Made by a program: the position numbers and the translations under genes. A DNA stretch of 64,000 bases. It comes from a virus. Location: the IMG/VR virus record IMGVR_UViG_3300001688_000312; one strand, given 5' to 3'. The notes under the pieces were generated by a model. The model saw only the letters and a program-made list of their open reading frames with translations, did not search any database and was not told the DNA's origin. This document shows, piece after piece, positions 19,986-32,700 of this stretch (position 1 is the stretch's first letter; every line of letters begins with the position of its first letter).

Positions 19986-20105
19986 TCTATTTTTATATCC
20001 TCTCTATTGTTTCTTGTTACATAAGATAAGCATAGGTTTATATAGTAGTTCATGTATGGCAAAGCTTATATATACTACTACGTATATCAATGTAGGGTTA
20101 AAGAT

Positions 20106-20516
20106 ATGTTAATTAAAAACGATGTAACAAATACTTATGACTTAGAAACACCACAACTTGAACCTATAGAAGTTGAAGGTGTACAATTACTGGTTTACGT
20201 GTTAAAACCATATACGAACCCAGATGAAGGTTATATGGTTGTTGCCGAATTTGTACATGATGAGAACGACACGGATTATAGACGTTTCATGCATCCCATA
20301 AGGTTAATAGTAGATGACATGGGGAAATTAATAGTTGACCAAAAAATGTACACGTTCATTGAATTGAAAAAGTTTGTACCTGATATTATGGTGCATCAAA
20401 TGCGTATGAACGCTATTGAATTAATATTTAATACTGATGTGGCGTTAATGAAAAGTGACGCTGATAAAGCCCTTAAAGAGCTACATGCAAACGATAACCC
20501 AGAGGATATAGAATAA
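20106..20516 (+). CDS. hypothetical early protein
   Basis: follows second copy of duplicated promoter-RBS block; start 20106. Confidence 0.7.
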   Translation: MLIKNDVTNTYDLETPQLEPIEVEGVQLLVYVLKPYTNPDEGYMVVAEFVHDENDTDYRRFMHPIRLIVDDMGKLIVDQKMYTFIELKKFVPDIMVHQMRMNAIELIFNTDVALMKSDADKALKELHANDNPEDIE

Positions 20517-20595
20517 ACCTAAATAAATCCTCTTTTACTCCTAACCCACAACCTTTATATATCTTAATGTATATTAGGGTATTGAGGATTAAGAT

Positions 20596-20796
20596 ATGCC
20601 AACAATAAAAAGCTCAGAAAAAAAACGTTTATACGACATGCAAAATGATATACGCCGAAACTTTCCACACATGACAAAAAACGAACAAGACGCATGGATA
20701 TCAAGCGGTCAAAGTCTACGTGAATTTCTAGGCTCAAAACGTTTCATAGAAAAAGGTTGGCGAATGACCAAAAACGGCGAACTAAAACTAAAATAA
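20596..20796 (+). CDS. small basic early protein
   Basis: promoter-RBS cassette. Confidence 0.65.
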   Translation: MPTIKSSEKKRLYDMQNDIRRNFPHMTKNEQDAWISSGQSLREFLGSKRFIEKGWRMTKNGELKLK

Positions 20797-20956
20797 CCCA
20801 CACCCACAACATCAACCACAAAAAAACGGCAACCGAAACCTTAAAATACTCCACTACCACAACCTTTATATATACCCTATAGACCCCCCTACCACTTTAA
20901 AAACAGACACCCACCAAAAGTGCTGGCTCCATGGTTTAACTAACGGTGTAAATATT

Positions 20957-21260
20957 TTATTTATTATGGTATATACATACATTTTTATATTTTATTTATT
21001 ATAGTATGCATTTTTATATTTCGTTTACTATAGTATAGTATACATTTTTATATTCTATTTACTATTTATTATAGTATGTATATACACTTATATTCTATTT
21101 ATTATGGTATACATACTTCTATTTCGTTTATTGTGGTATATATATTTGTTTGTATTCTATTTACTATAATATATAACATATATTTGTTTGTATTCTATTT
21201 ACTATAATATAGTATACTTCTATTTCGTTTATTATAATATACATTTTTGTTTACTGTAAG
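20957..21260. repeat. degenerate AT-rich repeat array at the strand-switch boundary
   Basis: about ten copies of a TTTA(T/C)TAT(A/G)(G/A)TAT core, including an exact duplication of about 33 bp. Confidence 0.75.
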
Positions 21261-21390
21261 AGGTATATGTATTGTTTACTGTTGATATATTTTGTTTATG
21301 GGTGGGGCTATTTAAGGTTTAGGGCTTAATATAAAAAGGAAAATGGGCTTTTGGCGCGGAAATAAAATTTCAGGGAAGGTTAAGGTTCAA

Positions 21391-21795
21391 TTATTTGATA
21401 GGAATTAATCCGTCTAATTCAAGATTATCTGCAACAAACCTAAAATTCATATGTCCATGCAACATAAATAAACTGTCAAGACAGTCGCCATCGTCTTGAG
21501 TGCATACAGGAATATAACCTGCGATAACAACTCTTTTACGCCCTCTTTGTTCTTCTCTTTGATAAAAGACTATTGTGTATTCATCAAGATTCTTATGGTC
21601 GCCGTCATAACATAATACGTTTTCAGTTGGACGCTCCCATTCGTCAGGCACAACCCATTCGAATAACAGTCTAGGGGCATAACACCTATTCTTAGCTAAC
21701 TCGTACTGTTCAAGCTCCACATTATACATGGGTACAAGCTCATCTTTATTATACACTGCATATGTCGGTTTTTTTAGTGCAGCAACACCAATCAT
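21391..21795 (-). CDS. hypothetical protein
   Basis: 134 aa ORF; start uncertain. Confidence 0.55.
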   Translation of the reverse strand: MIGVAALKKPTYAVYNKDELVPMYNVELEQYELAKNRCYAPRLLFEWVVPDEWERPTENVLCYDGDHKNLDEYTIVFYQREEQRGRKRVVIAGYIPVCTQDDGDCLDSLFMLHGHMNFRFVADNLELDGLIPIK

Positions 21796-22090
21796 AATAG
21801 TTCACTTCGCTGCGGTCAACAACTCTTACATCAGGGGAACAACTTAGTTGTTTAAGCAGTTGGGTTAATTCGTTTTTAAATTCACTTACATCTATATATT
21901 TAGTCATAAAATCTCTTCTTTATATTTCTGTTTCATCCTCTGAATCTGCACGTAAGCTAACGTGTCCTTAAAGGTTTCTCCTACCATTATGAAACCTAAC
22001 TTTTCCATCTGCTCCAACTGTTCTAAACTATATTCACTCATACTACTTATACTTCATTTCCCATTTAATGTAAGTTATGTAACCGTTATA

Positions 22091-22507
22091 TTAAAAGCTT
22101 CCGTAAGGAAACATATTTTCAGGTATATCATTTTTCAGTACAGATTTACCCGTTAACAATTTTATTTTAAGCAAATAATATTTCAGTCTATATTCACTGG
22201 CTATTTGTATATTTTTTTCATGTTTCGTTATTTTATCTTTTAATCTCTTTATAGATTCATCACAACTTTTAATGTTTGAATTGTACCATTCTATTCGTTT
22301 AAGTAATGTATATGAATCTACAGATTTATCATCATTTATACAATTTTTACATAACGGAACATACAATGTAGCTTCAGGTAATTCAATATATTTATATTCA
22401 AACGGAATATATTTTTTATGATTATAACTTCTACATTCATAAATGTCATCACATTCATAAGTTTCAACTACGGTTCTACAACAGTCACAATATACCTTAT
22501 ATAACAT
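22091..22507 (-). CDS. Zn-finger/coiled-coil protein
   Basis: CDCC...CKNC followed by coiled-coil; GAGG RBS. Confidence 0.6.
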   Translation of the reverse strand: MLYKVYCDCCRTVVETYECDDIYECRSYNHKKYIPFEYKYIELPEATLYVPLCKNCINDDKSVDSYTLLKRIEWYNSNIKSCDESIKRLKDKITKHEKNIQIASEYRLKYYLLKIKLLTGKSVLKNDIPENMFPYGSF

Positions 22508-22706
22508 ATCTATCCTCTCATTTTATTCAGTTCTATGTTTTTCTTCATTATGTTTAGTTAATGCAGCCCGAAAATCAACTATGTTTCTGGAACATCCCGT
22601 AAACACAGGAATTTCTTCACCACATCTACTACATTTCATTTTATAACTCATTGTATCAATACCTACATATAAACATATCTATTTAATATCTATTTATTAT
22701 TTAGTA

Positions 22707-22910
22707 TTATTTATTCCGTTCCATTATTAATGTATATACAGTTATTAACGCAACTGTTAAGGCGGCGGCAACACTTATAAATATTCCACCTACATATGAA
22801 ACCCATACATTATGAGATATCATATAACCGTGATATACAGTAATAAATCCTAACGTATAAAAAAACGCTATATTAAATAAATATATAAACGTCTTAACTT
22901 CACTACGCAT
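22707..22910 (-). CDS. two-TM membrane protein
   Basis: two hydrophobic helices. Confidence 0.6.
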   Translation of the reverse strand: MRSEVKTFIYLFNIAFFYTLGFITVYHGYMISHNVWVSYVGGIFISVAAALTVALITVYTLIMERNK

Positions 22911-22940
22911 ACTATTTACCCTTATACACTTATATGTAAC

Positions 22941-23288
22941 TTATTCTTCTCTATTATCAAGTAATTTTCTTCTGTCTTTTCTGCTAATTAACCCATGTGT
23001 ACCAAATTCGTATCTGAACCAGTTAATTACATCTCTACAAAATTCTTCATATGGAAAATCTTTAGGAAACTTTCCACTAGACATAGCCAATATGTTTCGT
23101 GTGTTAGGAAACGTATTTTTAGTATTTTCTAAACGTTCAGTTAATTCATGTATCCATATGCCAAGGTCACGATAAAACCGTATATAATTAAATACTGCTC
23201 CATCAGTAGACCAGTACTTCTCGTTAAACATATCTGGACAAGTCTTCTCCATATTTCTAAGTTTCTTCATAGACAACTTATTATTCAT
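22941..23288 (-). CDS. hypothetical protein
   Basis: 115 aa, overlaps upstream stop, GGTGA RBS. Confidence 0.6.
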   Translation of the reverse strand: MNNKLSMKKLRNMEKTCPDMFNEKYWSTDGAVFNYIRFYRDLGIWIHELTERLENTKNTFPNTRNILAMSSGKFPKDFPYEEFCRDVINWFRYEFGTHGLISRKDRRKLLDNREE

Positions 23289-23508
23289 CTACGTCACCAT
23301 CTTCTATCCATTCTTCAAACTCTTCATTATCTTCCATTATTTCACATAACTCTTCACATGATAAATAATATACCTTGTTACAAATTTTACAGTAAACATA
23401 ACAATCGTAACAGTCACAATCATTTGGGTTAGACGAACAGCTATCACATTCAAACTTATATAAATCATCATATGTTGCATTTTTAATATGACTACATAAC
23501 GTATCCAT
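23281..23508 (-). CDS. Cys-rich acidic small protein
   Basis: multiple CxxC; AGGAG RBS. Confidence 0.6.
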   Translation of the reverse strand: MDTLCSHIKNATYDDLYKFECDSCSSNPNDCDCYDCYVYCKICNKVYYLSCEELCEIMEDNEEFEEWIEDGDVDE

Positions 23509-23556
23509 ATATATCTCCTTTATATTTTAAAATATATAAAACCTTATTAATAAATG

Positions 23557-24051
23557 TTACCTAAAAACGGCAATATGATTATGTTTAACTTGTTTATGTA
23601 CATGGGGCAAAACGTTTTTAGCTGTAAGACATCCAGTTATACGGGAATCCAAATTTATCCATATTCCCTTATTAAACCATAAACTGGTTTCAGCTATATT
23701 TTGGGCTTTAGGTGAAAATTTAGTTAATCCCAAACCCGTCATAATCATATAACTTGGCATAACGTTATCTTTATATTTTATTTTATATTGATGACAACAC
23801 CAAGGTTCAGGACAAACTTCTAATTCTTTAATAAGATTCAGTGACGGAACGACATCTTGTTCTACCGTAATAATAGTATCACCTTTATTCCAAAACTCTT
23901 TTATGAACAAATCATAATCGTTACCATCAAATAATTCACGGCTTATCACTGTATATTTGGTTTTTATATTATTGATGCTTTTCCAAGTTTCTTTTTGGTC
24001 TTCAATACGGGTATTAGTATACGAATGTAATATTAACGTATTATTCATCAT
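23557..24051 (-). CDS. possible minimal GT-A glycosyltransferase-like protein
   Basis: hydrophobic strand plus EQD (DxD-like), GLG.TKF, D and terminal H motifs. Confidence 0.45.
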   Translation of the reverse strand: MMNNTLILHSYTNTRIEDQKETWKSINNIKTKYTVISRELFDGNDYDLFIKEFWNKGDTIITVEQDVVPSLNLIKELEVCPEPWCCHQYKIKYKDNVMPSYMIMTGLGLTKFSPKAQNIAETSLWFNKGIWINLDSRITGCLTAKNVLPHVHKQVKHNHIAVFR

Positions 24052-24442
24052 CGTTTTCCTCTTTTATTCTAGAATAACATTTACTACATTCCCAATATTC
24101 TGCATTTTTATATTGACATAAAATTAAACGTTTAAAGTCTAATAGTCTATATTTTAATTCTTTATACCACGGAATACATTTCTCCCAAACAATAATTCCG
24201 TTTTTTGTTACAATATTACCCGTTTTATCAGTTTTTGCTTTATGTGAAACCCAATTACCAATACCCAAACGTATAACTCCACCATAATATACATCATCTG
24301 GTATTTTTCTATCCATACCTAATTTTACTGAAAACCGCTTTCCACACAATTCACATGTAGGAGTAATTACTATATCTTCCGTTTTCGTTATTTTCCGCAT
24401 AAAATGTTTAATTTTTATATTTAAACAACGCAATATATCCAT
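24041..24442 (-). CDS. Zn-finger protein
   Basis: CELC...CSKC. Confidence 0.55.
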   Translation of the reverse strand: MDILRCLNIKIKHFMRKITKTEDIVITPTCELCGKRFSVKLGMDRKIPDDVYYGGVIRLGIGNWVSHKAKTDKTGNIVTKNGIIVWEKCIPWYKELKYRLLDFKRLILCQYKNAEYWECSKCYSRIKEENDDE

Positions 24443-24628
24443 ATACTAAACACTTCATTTATAAGTCATTTTGATATGATTTACGTTTATTACACATTAA
24501 ATCATAATATTTACCAAATTCTTGATATATGTCACAATCTTCACACGTATGAGTAATACAATATTTTCTATAAAATTCGCATTTTATAGGAACATTACTT
24601 TTAGAACATGTTAAACAGCAACAGCAAT

Positions 24629-24994
24629 TCATGATACCCATCTACATTTAACACGTTTTTTAACTGCACATGTATTTGCAGCCTTTAATGATTCTGGCGG
24701 ATTAGAAATACATTTTAAACTATCTGGACATATAGGTATATCATCTAACCACACAATAATAGTGCCGTATTCTGGATGTCCATGAACATTAAAAAATTCT
24801 TCCCATGTATTCCAAACAGAATGTGACTTAAATTGTGTACGCCAACGTACTGTAACGGTTCCATCACTAAATATTATTCCTTCATATTGAGGTTCCGTAG
24901 GTGGATTAGCTGTACCATTCTCTTTATATTCTTTTGGCGGATTAGGTCTAAAACCTATAAATCGTATCATACCATGAGACATATTATACTTCAT
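24629..24994 (-). CDS. conserved phage-type hypothetical protein
   Basis: EG..FSDG....RW...S...HGH...T..VW motif. Confidence 0.65.
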   Translation of the reverse strand: MKYNMSHGMIRFIGFRPNPPKEYKENGTANPPTEPQYEGIIFSDGTVTVRWRTQFKSHSVWNTWEEFFNVHGHPEYGTIIVWLDDIPICPDSLKCISNPPESLKAANTCAVKKRVKCRWVS

Positions 24995-25694
24995 TATTAT
25001 ACCCCTAACATTTTAACATGGTTCTAATTATATTAATACATGTTGATGTCTGAGTTGAATTTTCAAGAGACATTCTATATTGAGTAACTAAATATAAAAA
25101 TATCATTACCCCAAACACGGCTAATATTATTAATGTTATTGCTACAATTTCTTCTTTGGTCATTGTTCCATCAGTATTTAATATTTCAATCAATATTATA
25201 AAGTTTACGGTTAACATTAATATATATTATGAAATAAGTAATTTAGGGGTAATTTGTGTATTTTGTTATATAATTCAAAAATATTTATATAGCTAATCTA
25301 AACTATTTCAATTGTCACAGGTGATTTTACTGATAAAACTAAGTGATGATTCAGGGGTTATAATAAAATTTTATGATGAAAATCGTTATGAAATCATTTA
25401 TTTTATTGACCAAATTAATGAAAATAATAATTACTACATTTTATTAGATGACTACAATATTATAATTAAAGGAATGAATAAAAATGAGTGAATCTACCGT
25501 AAATAATGATTTGTATACATGTCCTAAATGTAACAGAACATTTAGTAAAGCTTTTCCAGACTGCGTTTTTTGCGATATGCGATATACGGTAGTAAAAAAA
25601 TAGTTACCTAATATTTTTTATTTTCTTTTGTTATTCATAAACGAAATATTTATATATCTAATATATAAACTTTATCATATTATAAGGTGATTTC

Positions 25695-26246
25695 ATGGCA
25701 CAATTATTTGAACATGCTCAAATGGCAGACCAAGTTATTATAGTTCATAAAGACGGGTTAACTGGAAAAACTAAAACTTATGATAGTTCTAAAAAATCTT
25801 TAAAATTAAAAGCAAAAGCATTTTTTAAACTTTTAACTACTGGTAAAGGGTTATATAACAGTATGACAAATGCTGGATTTGCTGTAACTTCAGGTTTACT
25901 TTACGGTACAGGAACCGCATTTACAGCAGTTGCTATCGGTACTGGAACTACAGCAGCTTCAGCTTCTAACACTGCCCTAATTACAGAAACTAAACGAAAA
26001 GCAGGTACAACTTCACAGGTTACTACAACCGTAGTTAATGATACCGCTCAATGGGATGCTACATTTAGCAACGCCACAGACGGGTTAAGTGGTTCCGCAG
26101 CAATTACTGAAGTTGGAATATTTAACAACAACGCTTCAGGTGGAACTTTACTGTTACGTCAAGTGTTTGCTCCAATTAACGTGAACTGGTCAAACGGTGA
26201 CACCCTACAAATGATAGTTAAATGCCAAAGCAAACAAGGTGCATAA
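25695..26246 (+). CDS. virion tail/fibre-associated protein
   Basis: AIGTGTTAASASNTAL..E...ITEVGIFN..SGGT...R motif typical of tail-fibre/collar-type proteins; BRE-TATA and AGGTGA RBS. Confidence 0.7.
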   Translation: MAQLFEHAQMADQVIIVHKDGLTGKTKTYDSSKKSLKLKAKAFFKLLTTGKGLYNSMTNAGFAVTSGLLYGTGTAFTAVAIGTGTTAASASNTALITETKRKAGTTSQVTTTVVNDTAQWDATFSNATDGLSGSAAITEVGIFNNNASGGTLLLRQVFAPINVNWSNGDTLQMIVKCQSKQGA

Positions 26247-26313
26247 TAAAACTATAAAAATATATAAACTATCTTTTTTTATTTAATTACATAATATATT
26301 AACGGTGAAGTAA

Positions 26314-26754
26314 ATGAAATTAAATGAGTTACTTAAATTAATAACTGATAATCCTAAAACGTTGTATGTTGAATCTACTGGTGATGTGGATTCTGATAAG
26401 ATGATTTGTAGGCGATTAATTTTTGCAAAAACCGAAACAATCGCTGATTCCATGGCTATTTGGATTATAATTAAAAATAAGGGTACCAAAGATGAAGCCG
26501 CATATTTCAAAGGTGACATGCCTGAATATCTTAAGGAAAAACCGTTTACCAATGCAGTTAAAAGTGAACTTAAAAATTCACAAACTGTAAAAAGAGAATT
26601 CGATTCATTCAAACTTGTTGCAGTTGACGAAGATAGTGAAACAGCCGAATTCGTTGCATATAAACATGATAACGTTAATAAAACCACTTCTCAAATAAGA
26701 TATGTAGCTACCAAAAATATTGATGGAACTATTAAAATAAGCCAACTGTCATAG
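26314..26754 (+). CDS. hypothetical protein in virion module
   Basis: 146 aa, GGTGA RBS. Confidence 0.65.
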   Translation: MKLNELLKLITDNPKTLYVESTGDVDSDKMICRRLIFAKTETIADSMAIWIIIKNKGTKDEAAYFKGDMPEYLKEKPFTNAVKSELKNSQTVKREFDSFKLVAVDEDSETAEFVAYKHDNVNKTTSQIRYVATKNIDGTIKISQLS

Positions 26755-26770
26755 GCGGTCAATTAATTAA

Positions 26771-29700
26771 ATGACCGTCTATCTGAGTGATTGGAATTAC
26801 TATAAAACTTTAACTATTACAGGAAGTACTGCTGGTGCTCAATCTAATTACGTAATACCAATAAGGGTTTATTTTGGTTCAGGCACTGACGGTACTGATT
26901 TATCATTTTCAATGCATAATTTAATGAAAATGTATTGTAATGGTAAATGTAAAACTGATTTTTCAGATATACGATTTGCTCTAGATGACGGTACCCTTTT
27001 AGATTATGCTTGTGTAGAATATTTTAATTCTAATTTAGCTACTTTTTATATTAAAGTAGATAGTATCCCTGCAAGTCCAAATACTAAATCTATATATATA
27101 TATTATGGAAATGATAACGCTTTATATATTGGTAGTTTAAAAAATACTTTTTATAAAGCTGACGATTTTGAAAGTGAAACACTCGATAGTAACACTTGGA
27201 CGTGGGTTAATGAACCCACTTCTCCTTCAAGTTACAGCCAATCTAATGGTAAATTCACTATAAATAGTGTTAACACATTTACAGAATTATGGAATAATAC
27301 TTACACTGCACCCCAATTATTAACGCCTATATCAGAATCTAACTATGAAATTGTAACTAAAGTACGTAACACTGGACTTGTATCTTATAATAGTTGTGGT
27401 ATATTAATAAGTCGTGATGGAACTAATAATTGGGTAGACATAATTATTCAATGGCACTTAATGAATCAAAGAACCACAGCAGCTAACATTACACTTAACG
27501 GCGTATCAAGCAGTATATATGCATCCCCAATATATGATGTTGATACTCGGAATTTAGCTATACAAAAAGTTGGAACTACATATTATGTTTATGCTAAAAA
27601 TGTGGATGATATCAATTATTATTATTGTGGGGGTGCAATTGGTGATTTTTCTCCAAATTATGCAGGTTTATATTTAAAATCAACTCAAGTTACAGCCCAT
27701 TCATTTAGTGGTATATGGGATTGGATTTATATACGAAAGTTTGTAAATCCAGAACCTACTCTCGATTCTTGGGGTACAGAACAAGAGATAGATAGAGTTA
27801 TCGTTGCTTCAGGAACTGATTGTTCTATATCTCCTTCGGGAAATGTTACCGTATCAATTGGAAATAACCAAACATTTACTATTACTCCACCTTCCGTCAT
27901 TAACGGATACATGGATGATATTGTAATTGATTCCGTTGGGGTAAACTCATATTTAATTAGAGAAGGATTTGAAGGTGGAAATTTCGGTTCATGGAGTACA
28001 TATGGTGTCGGAACTAAAGTAGTAGAAACGGTTAATCCGCACACTGAAATATATAATGCAAAATTCATAACTTCTGGTAATACCCAACAAGCAGCAATAA
28101 GTAAGACTATAAGTTCAAGTTCTATTATAAATTCAAGATTTTTTGTAAAAATTAACAGTTTAATACTCAGGTCACAAAGTAATAATTATGTAGACATTGC
28201 TGTAATTTCAGGTTCATCATCTCAAGATAATGCTACTATAAGACTTGTATATGATGATGATTCTAGAAAAACGTATTGGGCATTACACACATCAATTAAT
28301 GGGGTTGGTTCACAAACCATACTTGGTACAAGTGAAGTGTCAACTGGTACATGGTACATGGTTGAATTTGTACGTGATACCACAAATGGGGAAGCCCACC
28401 TTTGGATTAATAACACATTAGAAATTTCAGATTACCGAAGTTTACCGAATAATAACACCACTGTCAATTTTGGTATTTGTTATCAAAGTGGTACTGGTGG
28501 TGTAGAATTATTTATAGACGATATTATTGTAAATACATCCAGAATTTATGGTGTAGTGATAAATAATACATTAACGAGTGCTACATTTTATAATATAAAT
28601 AAAAATCATACAATAAATGCTATTGCCGCTTTATATAATTATGAAATAACAGTTAGTAGCCCATATGGTAATCCTCAAGGCGGTGGAACTTATGAACGTG
28701 AAACTAATGCTTCAATCAGTGTAACTTCTCCTGTTAGCGGCGGTACTGGTATACGATATGTATGTACAGGTTACAGTATAGATAACGGTGGTAGTGGTCA
28801 ACAGTATACTGGTACAAGTTATCAATTTACAAACATTCAAGCCCATCACACTATTTATTATTACTGGAAAACACAATATTACTTAACGGTTTCGTCAACT
28901 CACGGTACCACAAGTGGGGCTGGATGGCATGATGACGGTAGCACCGCTTATGCAGGAGTAAACGCTGGAACTGTAAGCGGTGGGACTGGAATACAATACG
29001 TGTTTAGTTCTTGGAGCGGTGACGCTTCAGGGTCTAATTATAATCAAAGTAACAGTATAACTATGAATGCACCTAAAACTGCTACTGCTAACTGGACTAC
29101 ACAGTACTATTTAACTGTGAACGTTAACGGTCATTCTTCTCAAACTGGTCAAGGTTGGTATAATAATAATTCCACTGCTTATGCTGGTGTAGCAAACCAA
29201 ACGGTAACTTCAGGAACTACCCGTTGGGTGTTCACTTCATGGTCAGGTGACGCTTCAGGTACATCATATAATCAATCTAACGCTATAACTATGAATGCAC
29301 CTAAAACTGCTACTGCTAACTGGACTACACAGTATAAGTTAACTGTTACTGGCGGTTACTCATCAACTTCAGGTTATAATAATAATACATGGGTAAATTC
29401 AGGTAGTACTATAACGTCAACTTCAAATAAAGTGTGGAATACGGTTACTGGTCAAAGTCGAAGTAACATAACACATTATAATATAGACGGCGGAACAAAT
29501 ACGACTGTAACTAGAAGCAACAGTGGAACTGCAACAACTTCTCCTATTACTATGAATAGTGCTCATACAGTTAACTGGATAGGGGTAACACAGTATTATT
29601 TAACAGTTACTGGCGGTAACAGTATTAGTTTTGGTTCAAGTTCACCAACAAGTGACCAATGGTATGATTCAGGAAGCTCCACTACCGTTTCAAGTAATGG

Positions 29701-32700
29701 AGTATATAATCGTAGTAGTGGTACTGGTCAACGGATAAGTTCATGGAAACTTGACTCTGGAAGTAATAATAATGTATCTACCACAGGTACAGTCACAACT
29801 TCTTCGATAACCATGAATACATATCACACTATAACATTTAACTCTACAACCCAATACCAAGTCACATTAGATTCGAATGCAAGTAGTGGATTAAACTCTA
29901 TTACCAATCCAACTATAAGTGGAGATAGCTATTGGTATGATACTAACGTTTCAGTTACATTATCATTAAAAGGTGTATGGAACCGAACTACTAACGGAAT
30001 TAGACTTTTAGGTTACGTTATTAATGGTGGAGCAAATAATCCAGTTTCAACTACTGGTATTATTACCGTGTTAAATGCGGTAGCTATGACTCAAGCTAAA
30101 AACGTAACAACCACTACAACTACACAGTATAAGTTAACTGTTACTGGCGGTAACGGTGTAACTTATAGTACTTCTCCTTCTATAAGTGGAGATGTAGGTT
30201 GGTACGATTCTGGTTCATCAACTACTGTTTCAAGTAATGGTATATGGAATAGAAGTGGTGGTTCAGGACAAAGAGTTACATCATATAAAATAGACAGTGG
30301 CTCAAACATTAACGTTGCTACTACAGGTACCGTCACAACTTCTTCAATAACCATGAATGCTACTCATACAGTAACATTTAACTCTACAACACAGTATCAA
30401 GTTACGTTAGATACAGGGTTAACTAACGGGTTAAGTTCATTAACTTCACCAACAATATCTAATGATAATTACTGGTATGATTCAGGAACATCAATAACTG
30501 TAACAATTAACGGGGTTTACGGTAGAACTTCTACGTCAGGTACAAGAATTACAGCTTATAAAATTAATGGTGGAAGTGATAATGGAGTTTCAACAGTTGG
30601 CACTTTTAAGCCGCTTAACGCAGTATCCATTAATGGAGTTAGAACATTAACTTGTACAACCGTTACACAGTATAAGTTAACTGTTACTGGCGGTAATGGA
30701 GTAACTTATGGTACGGGGTCTTCTATTTCTGGTGATACAGGTTGGTATAATAGTGGAACCACAACTACCGTGTCTTCAAATTGGGTGTATAATAATGTAA
30801 CTAACCAGTCACGTACAGTTTTAACTAATTATCAAATAGACGGTACTAACCAAAACCCGACAAGACAATATAGTGGCACATTAACTTCTTCAAGTATAAC
30901 TATGAGTGCCGCTCATACTGTAACTTTTGTTTCTACTACACAGTATTATATACAGATAACTTCAAGTGGTATAGGTGAAGATTCATCTGGAACGGTAGCT
31001 ACGTTAGCTGGTACGGCAAACACACAAGCTCAATTACCTTATGGTTCATGGAGAGATACAGGTTCATCCATATCTTATTCATTTAGTTCGCCTGTGTCTG
31101 CTGGAAGTACTAAACGTTACGTTTGGTCTTCAATTTCAGGTTTAAGCCAGACACTTCAATCTAACACTTTTACAGTAAGTACCTATGGTATTATAACTGG
31201 AACATATATAACACAGTACTCGGTTGTTTCTTCGGCTGGTTCTAACGCTACTATTAGTCCTTCTGGAACTATATGGATAACTTCAGGTAACAACCAAACA
31301 TTTACTATTGGAGCTAACAGTGGATATTATATTAGTCAATTACTAATTGATGGTTCACCTGACACTTTAACTACTTCATACACGTTTAGCAATGTTACTT
31401 CTGCTCATACTATTAATATAAATGTTACTGCTTACGGAACTAATTTGCTTGCTGACCCAAGTTTTGATTTAAGTACAGGAACATATTATTGGAGTTACTA
31501 TAATGGTTTAACTACTGGTGGAAGAACAGGAACTTATAGAGCTTACGTTACAGGAGTTGACAGTTGGGGCGGAAGACAAATAATTAACCAACGAATTAAC
31601 AACATAACTCCTAGTACAACTTACAGTTTAGATGGTTGGGTATGCGGTGCACAGAATGGTGGAGAAATACAACTTTACATACGTGAATATAATTCAAGTA
31701 ACACACAGTTAACTGAACATGGTGGTAAAATACCGTGTACAACCAATTGGAAGCATTGGATAAAAACTTGGAACACAAACGCCAACACGTCATATATACG
31801 TGTACAAGCATATTGTTATGACTCTTATCCTAGCACAAAAACGTTTTATGTTGATGACGTTAAACTGTATACTGGTGCAATTACTTACACTGTTACGGCT
31901 ACTGCTGGTACTGGCGGTAGTATTTCGCCTTCAGGTGTAGTAAACGTTAATTACGGTACTGGTTCACAAACTTTCACTTCTACCCCTAACACAGATTATG
32001 TTCGAAAGAATATGGTTAAGGACGGTTCAAATCAAGGTAACGTTTCAAGTGTTACATTTAATAGTGTATACGTTGAAGGTAACCACACTGTTGAAGCTTA
32101 CTTTGTGGGTAGATTTGTACAAAACATTACAGAAAAGTTAGGAAACATCGATAATGAACCAGTAAAGAAGCCTAAATTATGTAAATTAGATTTAGTTGGA
32201 AGAATAGACAGTGAACCAACTAAAAAATCTAAAGTGTACAAAACAGATATATTAAGCGGATATAACCAAACTCCTGTTAAAAACGTGAAGTTAATTAAAA
32301 ATGAATCTTTAGGATTATTCGAATCAGACCCGTCAATGTTAATGCATGTACCATTTAATGAAGAAGAAGGAAATATATCATATGATATAAGTGGAAATGA
32401 AAATCATTTTACAACATATAATCTTAATAGAAATCCTATAGGTGTGTTTGGTAATGAAGTTGTTGGCGGCAGTAAAGCTTGTAGTCGTACTTATATTTAT
32501 GCAAGTAACCGAACGGTTTTAACTTCACCTGTAATAGTTACTAAATTAACAGTGTATTCAGGTCAAGAACAACAGTTAGCGTTATGTATATATAAAGAAA
32601 ACACGCCTTCATCGTTTAGTTTAGTAGTTCAATCTTTACCGCAAGCATGTTTAGCTGATAATTGGGAAACTTTTATTATACCACGAACAAGACTTGAAGC

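Noticed and set aside
5396..21260. Borg-type element
   Set aside because: Repeats are mostly degenerate and sparse, and the window holds a tailed-virus-like structural module.
1..21390. Integron cassette array
   Set aside because: No integrase and no attC-like palindromes seen between genes; the cassettes carry their own promoters.
21750..21908. Possible frameshift joining a short upstream ORF to the 134 aa ORF at an A7 run
   Set aside because: The downstream ORF has a plausible RBS and start of its own; no motif evidence for a fusion.
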